Both the position numbers and the translations under genes were made by a program. A stretch of 56,170 bases of DNA from an uncultured virus (IMG/VR IMGVR_UViG_3300032299_001035) (lineage: Duplodnaviria > Heunggongvirae > Uroviricota > Caudoviricetes), in the IMG/VR virus record IMGVR_UViG_3300032299_001035; one strand, given 5' to 3'. This document shows positions 18,501-27,200 of the stretch, one piece after another (position 1 is the stretch's first letter; each line of letters begins with the position of its first letter). The notes below the pieces were generated by a model. The model did not search any database and was not told the DNA's origin. It saw only the letters and a list, made by a program, of their open reading frames with translations.

Positions 18501-21302
18501 GGAAATTTTTATTTATTTTGTAATGGTGTAAAAGATTTTTTTGTTGAATCAGAAATTAATGTTGGATACAGAGATTGGGAAGAAGAAATTTCTAAAAGAT
18601 TTTATGATCCTTATGGATTTACAGATTTATCTGGAATGTTTAGAAGTGACTTAATAAAATATTCATCAGGATTTTATAAATATGATTATTCATTATCTGT
18701 ATCTAGAATGTATAATCAGTTTATATCTTGGGGTCAAGTTTTATCAAGATCATTTGATCCAAAAATAGCAGCTACATGTTATTCTTATTATCCTAGAAGA
18801 ATACAATATTCACTTCCACAACAAGAAGAATTAAAACGTGATAACTGGCAAAGTTTTTTAGTTAATAACTATAAAGACATGCCTGATAAAATAACTTGTG
18901 TTAAACCTATAAATAAAACAGGTGCTTTAATAATGTTTGATAGACAATCACCTATACAAATTATGGGAGTTGATAGTTTGCAAACTGATACAGGAGTTAA
19001 AGTTACAATTGGTGATGGAGGATTATTTAATCAACCTTTACAAAATCTTGTTAATTCAGATCAAATATATGAATATGGTTCATGCCAAAGTAGATGGGGT
19101 ATTACAGCAACTCCTCAAGGGGTATTTTATGTAAGTCAAGACCAAGGTAAAATATTTGTATATACAGGACAGTTAGAAGAAATATCAAGAACAAATATGA
19201 AATGGTGGTTTAGTAGATACTTACCATTAAAGTTAAAAACATATTTTCCAAATTTTAATTTAGATGACAATCCTGTAATTGGTGCAGGTATAACAACTGT
19301 ATATGATAATATAAATGAAGTGGTATATTTTTCTAAAAGAGATTATATACCTAAAAGAAGTGATATGTTATATAGTCCTGGTTTTGGATTTTATTTAGCT
19401 CTTGAAGAAGTTACATTAAATAATAATAGATCAGTAAGTTTAGAATGTGAAGAAGGTTTTATATCTATAAATGGCCAATGTAAATTAGTTACAAATTCAA
19501 CACCAACTAAATCAAGTACTAATTATTCTTTATTAAATTCTACTAATGTTGCTTATGGAATAAATGGTACAGCTTTATATGATTTAGGATATACTAAAAA
19601 TGGTGTTGGTACTTATACTAATATAGGGATGGTTAATCCTTTTTGGATAAATAATGTACCTCAACCAACAGTTGCAGTTGCTAATACTAGTGGTAAATTT
19701 AGTATTGGAGCATCAACATTAATGGTTGGAAATTATATAAGTATAACTGGAACAAACAGTGGTACAGCTGGTGAAAGTTTTATTTCTGGATATACATCTG
19801 GAACAACATATAAAGTTTCATCTGTAACAGGTAATTCACCAAATGTAACTGCATTTACTCTTGTAACACTTTCTGGTGAAGCTATTATAACAACTGTTGG
19901 TACATTAGTAGGATTAACTTTTAATTCATTAGTTGGTCCTGTAAATAAATTAATTAAAACAATTAATACAGTACCTAATAATACAATTACATTTAATGTT
20001 TATTTAAATGATGTACCAGTAAATAAAATTTATTATGTAGCACTATGTTCATTTAATAGTAATCATTTAACAGCTACTACAAACTTTAAAGTTTTTTTAA
20101 ATGATGAAGAATTAATAACACCTAATTTTACTAGTATGGTTGCTAGTAGTAGATTAAAAGGTACAGCAAATAATGTGGGTAGTTCATATTTACATATATA
20201 TCCAATTCAAATTTTAACACCTAATAATACATTAACATTAAAAGGTTCAAATCAAGGATTTGGTGCAATGGTAATAGATAATACTCAATTTGAAATATTA
20301 CAAGCAACTTCTTTTGATGATTTAAATGTAATATTTACTACAGAAACAAAAACTCAATTTACAATAAATCAATATACATGTACAGAAGGAAGTGATTTAG
20401 TATATACTTATGGTGTAGAAGCACCTGTTTGTAGATTAGTAGAAACACAAGAATTAGAATATAATACAACAGAAATTTTACCTCCTAGAGAAATTCCTAG
20501 AATACCTATCACATTATGTGATCCCTCTTATTTTGAAGATGCATCTTGGACTATATCTTATGATGTTAAAAATAAACAATGGTTAAGTTTTCATGATTGG
20601 CATCCTTCATTTATGCTTCCATCAAAAAGACATTTTTTAACAACAAATAATTTATGTAATGGAGCTGGTACATCTTTGTGGAGACATAATGATAGATGGG
20701 ATAGCTTTTGTAATTTTTATAATAACTACTATCCTTTTGAAATAGAATATGGAATTTCAACAGGAATGACAACTACAACATTAAGAAGTGTAGAATATTA
20801 TTTAGAAGCATATAAATACAGTACTAACGGACAAGATAAATTCCATGTATTAGATTATAATTTTGATGCTGCTATAGTATATAATTCAGAACAAATATCT
20901 GGTTTATTAAATCTTAATTTAAAATCTAAAACTAATCCTTTTATGTATCTTAATTATCCTATAGCATCTGTATTTGGTTATACAGATATATTATTTTCTA
21001 AAGAAGAACAAAAATATAGATTTGATCAGTTTAATGATATTACAAAAGACAGAGGTGAATTTAATAATGTTGAAAATATATTAATAACTACTAAAGATAA
21101 CGGATATGTTTGGTATGTTAATCCAAATAGTGTAGATTATTTTAAACCGGCTACACAAAGAAAAAAGTTTAGACATAATAACAGCAAAGTACTTCTTAGA
21201 AAAAATCCTAAAACTATAACTAAAACAGGAATTATTGGAAGAGATGATGTAAAAATGATTTTTAAATTTATAAATACAAAATATCAAATATCCCAAAAAT
21301 AA
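15582..21302 (+). CDS. Tail stabilisation / muzzle protein (P22 gp10-like, crAss Tstab)
   Basis: 1906 aa. Motifs NSFTKGMAKD, IYWSDGNNPDR, GYMRDEVYSF, FGGDTYINRY, YGSCQSRW and WTISYD..WLSFHDW fit crAss-type muzzle/beta-propeller proteins. Lies between the ring genes and the cargo genes. Confidence 0.75.
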   Translation: MANNQASLETNSFTKGMAKDPNETYIGEGVWTHARNLVNNSHDGQIGVVGNEPSNKFCVDLPFTLIGCIQLADNQWAMFTTDNINSEIGIFNDLTCTYTQLVRNACLNFNTKHLITGASRRTFDCSEKIYWSDGNNPDRVLDITNIPWKQTCTDDNGISITNPPGIWPAGAPTGCITCTDTTELNCEQLRLAPLLTVPCLTLEKATGSGTLINGTYQVAVAYMINEIKVTDYLVISNPVSIFDHSGVGGAINLTVSNTDPDFTEMEVVVISIVNSQTVAKQLGVYSTRQSVIYIDNLDPSLVTVSIASLPLITPAIEKSDGIFPLQNYLLRVGTYTKPDFNYQPQANRIIAKWQSVEYPEDYYHKAGINVGYMRDEVYSFFIRWIYNTGDRSASYHIPGRPLGYFGTNDTNWQTENTARILSTPNTLLPDGGTLVATGLMGYWQSSEKYPDDNNIVWNQPNNTPAQFNLCGKNIRHHKFPDNTLNNHFVNNGGSIRVLGVTFEGITEPKDINGNIITSIVGYEILRGSREGQKSIIAKGIINNIKQYNIIDANTNNPTGQTALMQNYPYNDILSGDPFYESNVGMTALNNYVSFHSPETTFQNPYLGDVDLRIYGSVNGTMSGVYENPYKHPEFKILGQRSTDAVNGTALVVSILHVASIIAGGSPITIEGTAEMPYKMVLGVEPGPSPGGLVGPGIIAYAAKILINIVAAVSYYALIGTKLNAQKLADLVTALIGTEQYACQFNSHGYYNTFTANTTTISVSDYGYIKNNVQSFDSKTVNNLYRDPYVILKTTSAVPNAGLDNSLNILGLAGERVNRSISSNYGALKANFASQYGQIDSIRQIPITSCVYKYNEMPILFGGDTYINRYTEKNQYLFFNDWLIDQPQDYTYNYKYYQNVIGTKYWVDNRKIYSTDNGNYDVTTGNFLSPNTILFIRPRLNYSLVQRDPVTNLLVSIGGPNRPSEVDKNWKIDPGNFYLFCNGVKDFFVESEINVGYRDWEEEISKRFYDPYGFTDLSGMFRSDLIKYSSGFYKYDYSLSVSRMYNQFISWGQVLSRSFDPKIAATCYSYYPRRIQYSLPQQEELKRDNWQSFLVNNYKDMPDKITCVKPINKTGALIMFDRQSPIQIMGVDSLQTDTGVKVTIGDGGLFNQPLQNLVNSDQIYEYGSCQSRWGITATPQGVFYVSQDQGKIFVYTGQLEEISRTNMKWWFSRYLPLKLKTYFPNFNLDDNPVIGAGITTVYDNINEVVYFSKRDYIPKRSDMLYSPGFGFYLALEEVTLNNNRSVSLECEEGFISINGQCKLVTNSTPTKSSTNYSLLNSTNVAYGINGTALYDLGYTKNGVGTYTNIGMVNPFWINNVPQPTVAVANTSGKFSIGASTLMVGNYISITGTNSGTAGESFISGYTSGTTYKVSSVTGNSPNVTAFTLVTLSGEAIITTVGTLVGLTFNSLVGPVNKLIKTINTVPNNTITFNVYLNDVPVNKIYYVALCSFNSNHLTATTNFKVFLNDEELITPNFTSMVASSRLKGTANNVGSSYLHIYPIQILTPNNTLTLKGSNQGFGAMVIDNTQFEILQATSFDDLNVIFTTETKTQFTINQYTCTEGSDLVYTYGVEAPVCRLVETQELEYNTTEILPPREIPRIPITLCDPSYFEDASWTISYDVKNKQWLSFHDWHPSFMLPSKRHFLTTNNLCNGAGTSLWRHNDRWDSFCNFYNNYYPFEIEYGISTGMTTTTLRSVEYYLEAYKYSTNGQDKFHVLDYNFDAAIVYNSEQISGLLNLNLKSKTNPFMYLNYPIASVFGYTDILFSKEEQKYRFDQFNDITKDRGEFNNVENILITTKDNGYVWYVNPNSVDYFKPATQRKKFRHNNSKVLLRKNPKTITKTGIIGRDDVKMIFKFINTKYQISQK

Positions 21303-21308
21303 CAACAG

Positions 21309-24251
21309 ATGAAAAAGTGGTTAGATAAATATCAATCAAAAGGTGAGGTTAAAAAACAACCTAAATCTACATTTAATCCATATACAAATGTTAATAGGAT
21401 TGGTGTTAGTGAAAATACTAATGTATATAAAAATACTTTTGAAAATGATAAAGAAGAAAAATATAATGCTTCAGTAAAATTTCAACGTGAACATAAAACA
21501 CCTGTTATTTCAAAAACACCTGACAATTATAATACACCAAGTATGGTGGCATTACGTAAACATTATAAAGATGTTGATAATAATAAAAAAATATTAAGAT
21601 CAATATTAAAAGGAGCAGATATAACAACTGATTTAATGCAATTAGGTAATTTTATTCCTGACCCTATATCACAAACAATTGGAGGAATTGGAAATATAGT
21701 AGGTATAGGAGTAGATGCATTTCAAGTAGGTATGGATTTAAGAGAGGGTGATTATACTAATGCTGCTATAAATACAGCTTCTGTTATTTTACCAACAATT
21801 ATTCAAAAATATGGATATAAAAGAGATATGTTTAATACAACTCCTGGTTCATATGCTGATAAAATAGCAAATTTAGGAAATAGAAATGGAGAATATATTC
21901 ATTTAACTCCTCATCCTCAACATGTTAATAATCCTGTAATAGTAAAAGGTGTTAATTTTAATAGAGGATTGTTAGGAGCATTAGGTGCTGAAACAATAAT
22001 TGATTTAAAACAAAATGGTGGATTAGTATCTAAAAATTCACTTAATAGAACAGTAACATGTTCTAATTGTGGTTGGTCATGGAAATTATCAGATGGTGGT
22101 GAAGACCCATTAACATGTCATAAATGTGGTGGTACAATTAAAATGAAAAATGGTGGGCAGTTAGATATTTATAAAGATAAAGGTGAAGTTAAATCTACAT
22201 TTAATCCATATGCAAATGTAAATAGAGTAGGAACAAGTGATAATACAAAAGTATTTAGATTAAATCCTGAACAAGTAGAAAAAGCTAAAGAAGCACAAGC
22301 TATTAAAAATGAAAAAATAATAAAAGAATATCAACAAAGACAAAGTTATATAGGACCTGATAAAAGAACTAAAGCTGAAAGAAATAAAAGTATTGCTGCA
22401 AGAAAAGCATATGATGATTTGATGGAAAAACAAAAGGTTATGAAACAACAACCTATTTATCAAACATTACAAAATACAACAGCAGGAGGTTACAATCCTG
22501 ATGCAGCATACAATCCTGTAATTGGAAATACAGCAGGAGCATTAGGTTATACAGCAGCAGCTGCATTGGCAAGTCCTGTTGTTAGACCTGCTTATAATTT
22601 TATGGGGCAAGCTATGAATGCTCCAATGGTAGGTGTTCCAGGATTAACAGGAAGTAATATAGTTAATGCAGCATTTGCTACACATGGTTTAAAATCAATA
22701 ATGGATGGTAGTGTTACAAAACCTTGGAAAGAAGCATATAGATCAGGTAATCCTTGGGATTATGCAAATGCAGCAACTGAAAATGCAATGACAGCAATGG
22801 AAGTAGCTTCTTTAATTGGTCCTGGATATAAAGGTGCATCAGAAATTGGTAAATATTTAACAGAAGAAACAGCTTTAAAAAATGCATCTAAGTATAATCC
22901 TTGGAGATTTAAAGAAAATCCAAATTCTTATTATAGACAAGTTTTTTATAAAAATAAAATTAAAAATCCTCTTGTTACTAAAAGCATGGAATTAAATAAT
23001 GATCCTAAAGGAACTAAAGCTTTTTTTAATGCAAATGAAGATTGGGTTCAATCTTATACAAATGATCCTGCAGCACCTATAACATATTATAATTACATGA
23101 GATTTCCAACAAATGAATCTTTACCCTTTTTTAATAAAGGAAAAATTTATTATGGTAAATCTGTAAAACCTAGTTTAGAACCAGAATTACTACTTGAAAG
23201 TAAAATTCCTTTTAAAGATTATGAAGATTTTTATCCTGCTCAACAACATATGATGTTTATTAATCCAGAGGAAGCAGATATAGCTAATAAAATAGTAGAA
23301 AACAGAAGAGTGTTAAGTCCTTTTAGTAAAGAAGGTCATAATTTAGAAAATTATAATTTATATCAACCGCATTGGTTGAAAGGATATAAACGTGTTAAAT
23401 CTGCTTCTATTAATCCTAGACTTACAACTTTAGATGAAGTTACTATTTCTGATTTAATAAACAAAATTCCATTAACAAATATAGAATATACTGATAAATT
23501 TAATTCAAATATTGATTTATTAAATGAAATAATTTTTAAAAATAATAAATCAGGTGTTGCATATAGAATAAAAGAATTAAAACCTAATGGTCAATTAATA
23601 TTTGAAACTCCTAATGGTCAAATTGTAAAAAGTCCTTCTTACAAAAAATTATTTGGAGTAAAAGATAAAGTTATAAAAGGAGGTAATACTTATTGGGAAA
23701 CAAAAATTGTTCCGGGAGAGTGGAAAGGAGAAGTATTAGATATTCCTAATGAAAAATATTTTAAAAAAATTCCTGGTTTAAATATGGTTAATACTTCAAA
23801 TGGTATTTTTGCTGATCAAATTGCAAGAAAAGGAACAGGAGCTTATAAATCTATTAATGAATATTTAAAAATGTTAAATTTAGGTAGGGTAAAACCTGGT
23901 TTTAATACTCAAACTAAATCTTCAAAAACAGCTTGGAAAAATTTTATTAAATCTGGAAGAGCTGCTGGATATTATAATACTCCAGAAACTATATATGGAG
24001 CTATGAAAAAAGAAGGTGGGGCTATAATAACTGATAGAGGACAATGGGATTATCCAGGACAAACAACTATTATTCCTTCTAATGAAATAACAATGGAAGG
24101 TGTACCTTATCCAGTATTAGGTGTAGATAATACAGGTTATGTACAAATGATGCAACCTCAAATGAATTATACATTTCCTGGACAATATGTTACAGAATAT
24201 CCTATAATGCAATATGGTGGTCAAAATAGTGATTGGGAAATAATTGAATAA
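21309..24251 (+). CDS. Modular virion cargo protein 1 (Zn ribbon, hydrophobic segments, putative GNAT-like domain)
   Basis: 980 aa. CSNC...CHKC at 22059-22126, xxGG-delimited modules, and an internal duplicated peptide. Confidence 0.6.
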   Translation: MKKWLDKYQSKGEVKKQPKSTFNPYTNVNRIGVSENTNVYKNTFENDKEEKYNASVKFQREHKTPVISKTPDNYNTPSMVALRKHYKDVDNNKKILRSILKGADITTDLMQLGNFIPDPISQTIGGIGNIVGIGVDAFQVGMDLREGDYTNAAINTASVILPTIIQKYGYKRDMFNTTPGSYADKIANLGNRNGEYIHLTPHPQHVNNPVIVKGVNFNRGLLGALGAETIIDLKQNGGLVSKNSLNRTVTCSNCGWSWKLSDGGEDPLTCHKCGGTIKMKNGGQLDIYKDKGEVKSTFNPYANVNRVGTSDNTKVFRLNPEQVEKAKEAQAIKNEKIIKEYQQRQSYIGPDKRTKAERNKSIAARKAYDDLMEKQKVMKQQPIYQTLQNTTAGGYNPDAAYNPVIGNTAGALGYTAAAALASPVVRPAYNFMGQAMNAPMVGVPGLTGSNIVNAAFATHGLKSIMDGSVTKPWKEAYRSGNPWDYANAATENAMTAMEVASLIGPGYKGASEIGKYLTEETALKNASKYNPWRFKENPNSYYRQVFYKNKIKNPLVTKSMELNNDPKGTKAFFNANEDWVQSYTNDPAAPITYYNYMRFPTNESLPFFNKGKIYYGKSVKPSLEPELLLESKIPFKDYEDFYPAQQHMMFINPEEADIANKIVENRRVLSPFSKEGHNLENYNLYQPHWLKGYKRVKSASINPRLTTLDEVTISDLINKIPLTNIEYTDKFNSNIDLLNEIIFKNNKSGVAYRIKELKPNGQLIFETPNGQIVKSPSYKKLFGVKDKVIKGGNTYWETKIVPGEWKGEVLDIPNEKYFKKIPGLNMVNTSNGIFADQIARKGTGAYKSINEYLKMLNLGRVKPGFNTQTKSSKTAWKNFIKSGRAAGYYNTPETIYGAMKKEGGAIITDRGQWDYPGQTTIIPSNEITMEGVPYPVLGVDNTGYVQMMQPQMNYTFPGQYVTEYPIMQYGGQNSDWEIIE
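21363..22211 (+). repeat. Direct repeat pair (21363-21383 and 22191-22211)
   Basis: AAATCTACATTTAATCCATAT is identical in both copies, within a longer degenerate duplication encoding KGEVK..STFNPY.NVNR.G.S.NT.V. Confidence 0.85.
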
Positions 24252-24281
24252 AATATAATAAAAATTAGTAAATTTACTATA

Positions 24282-27200
24282 ATGAAAATAAGAAATAAAA
24301 AAACAGGTGAAATTAGAGAAGTATCTGTAAATGAACTTAACCAATATGGATTAGGTGGGCAAAATAATAAATTGGTAAAATACCAAAAAAAAGGAGAAGT
24401 AAAAAGATCATATAATGTTTTAACAAGAGAAAATATTCCAGGTGATGCCCTTACAAGTACAGTAAAAAGAGAAATTGTTGCTGCTTATCCACATTATAAA
24501 AATATGGAAACAGGTTTTTTAAAAGGAGTAGCATATGTATCACCTGATTATAAATCTCAAGAAGATAGAGAATTATTATTTAAAAGACATAGACCTGTAG
24601 CTTATCCTTCTATATCTGGTGCTATTTCTGATTATTTTAAAGATAAATCAAATAAATTGTTTAATACTTCAATGCAACAACCTTTTAAAGATAAAGAAGG
24701 AGATTATGAAGCATCTGAAGAAGCTTGGAGAATGACTTTAGGTTTACCTGTTAAAACTAAATATATTATTCCTTCTAAATATAGACCTTTAAATGAAACA
24801 AATAAAGCATCAAAATATTATACATTAAGAGAAGACATGTATAATAAAGATTTACTTAGAAAAAAAATACAAGAATTAAATTTAAAACCTGGACAATCAG
24901 CTTTTCTTCCATCATTTGCTCCATTTGTAAATGAAAGTTATATGAATCAGAAAGAATTTTCAGATGTTGATCCACTTCAAAATTTTAAAATAGGTGTTAA
25001 TAAAAATGGTAAAATGTATTTTTATGATAAATATGATTTTGATTTTGAACCATTAAGTAAAGTAACAAGACCATATGAATATGAATTTTATAATGAATTT
25101 AAATCAGGTGGTCAACATGGTGGTTTAGATAGATGGTTTGCAGAAAAATGGGTAGATATTAAAACAGGAAAACCTTGTGGTAGACAAGAAGGTGAAGATA
25201 GAAATTATCCAGCTTGTAGACCATCTAAAAGAATATCATCTGCTACACCTAAAACAGCATCTGAATTATCATCATCAGAAAAACAAAAATTTAAACAAGA
25301 AAAAACATCAAGCCAAAGAATTTCTTACAATCATAAAAGAATGGAATACGGAGGTGAAAATATAAATAATATGAATTACATGAAATCAGGAGGTAATGTA
25401 CCTACAAATCCAGAATTATGGAGTAGAGCTAAATCAGCTGCAAGATCTAAATATGATGTATATCCATCAGCTTATGCAAATGGGTTTGCTGCTAAATGGT
25501 ATAAATCACATGGAGGTGGTTGGAGAAAAGCAGCTTATGGTATGGAAGTAATGGGTAATGGTGGTGTACCAAACAACCCAGGGTTTAATGCATTACCAGA
25601 ATATGTACAACAAAACATAATAAATAACATGGCAACTGGTGGACAAAAAATGCCACCTGAATTAGCATATGCTAGATTTGCTGCTGCTGGTAATTTAGAT
25701 CAATTAAATAATTATGGATATGAACAAGGGGGAAGTGTAACATTAAATACAGGTGGTGAAAATCATAGAATATATGTTAAAACTACAAACAGAGGAGAAG
25801 GTGCTAAAGGACACATTATGGTAAACCATCCTACAATGGATAAAGGAATGTGGGATACAATTGATTTAACAGAAAAATCAGGTGCAACAACAATTGCACA
25901 AGGTGTAGCTGCAACAAAAAAATGGCATAAAGAAAATCCTTATAAAAAACAAGAAGGTGGTGGAATTACTTTACCAAATGATTTTAATAAATTTCAACAA
26001 TTTAATAAAACTCTTCCTGAAAATTTAAGAGATGATAATTTTAAATATGGAGATTATTCTCATTATGATCTTTATGGAATGTGGGATGCTGCTGGTAAAC
26101 CTAATTCATTTGATGATGTAAAAGATAGTGAAAATTTTAGATTGCAAGAAGATGGTACATATCATGGATTTAGTGTAGGTAATGATGGTGTATGGTTAAA
26201 ACCTAAATCACATCCTTCAGCTTTTATGGAATATATGCAAGGTCAGTTAAATCCTGATCCTTATTTTTTACATAATCATGTTATTCAAAAAGAAGATGGT
26301 AGATTACAATATGTACCTAATAATTATATAACAAAACAATCACTTGAACAAAAAAATGAAACAGATATACCTCAAAATATAAATCCTAAATTTATGTATT
26401 CTGCACCACCTTCTGTTTTTGCTAATGGAGGAGATGTTCCTATGTATGGACCTGGAGGACAAAATTTACCTACTGCTTCTGATAGTTTAGCTTTATATAA
26501 TAATACTAGAGAGTTAAAAAAATTTTATAATAATCCATCAAAAGGTTATAAGGTAGCATATAATACACCTATAGATAAAAATTATTTTCCAACTCAATTT
26601 AAAAACAATATTAATACATTTACTAAATTTTATAATCAGGATAAATTACATGATAGTGAATTATTAAAAAATAGTCCTAAAGTTTTTATAAATAATTATT
26701 TAAAAGCTGGATATTCACCTTCAGAAATACAACAAGCAGTTTATAATCTTAAAAATGATAAATCTGGTGTTTATAATGATGGTAATACTTTTAAAGTAAG
26801 AGATAATATTTCTACTGCAATAAATTGGTTAGCTCCTTATAATATAGTAGACAGACGCATTACTCCAAAAAGAGAGGTATATTATAGCTCTAGGACTGAC
26901 CCAGGAGCTGCTACTACACTATATGAATATGATGAAATTGCAGTTAAACCAGCAGCTATGAAAACAGCAGCGGATTGGGCTTATATGAAAAAAACTTATG
27001 GTACAAAACCACCTGTAAAAAATTCAAATACTGTTAATAGACAAATAACAACTACTGCAAAACCACCTGTAAGACAAACTGTTAATACTACTCAAGGTAA
27101 AGTAACAGGTGTTGTAAAACCAAATCAAATTAAAGGTAGTCAATTAGTAATGATGATGGATCCTGTTAGAACTAAAGATAATTTAGAAAGATTAGAAATG

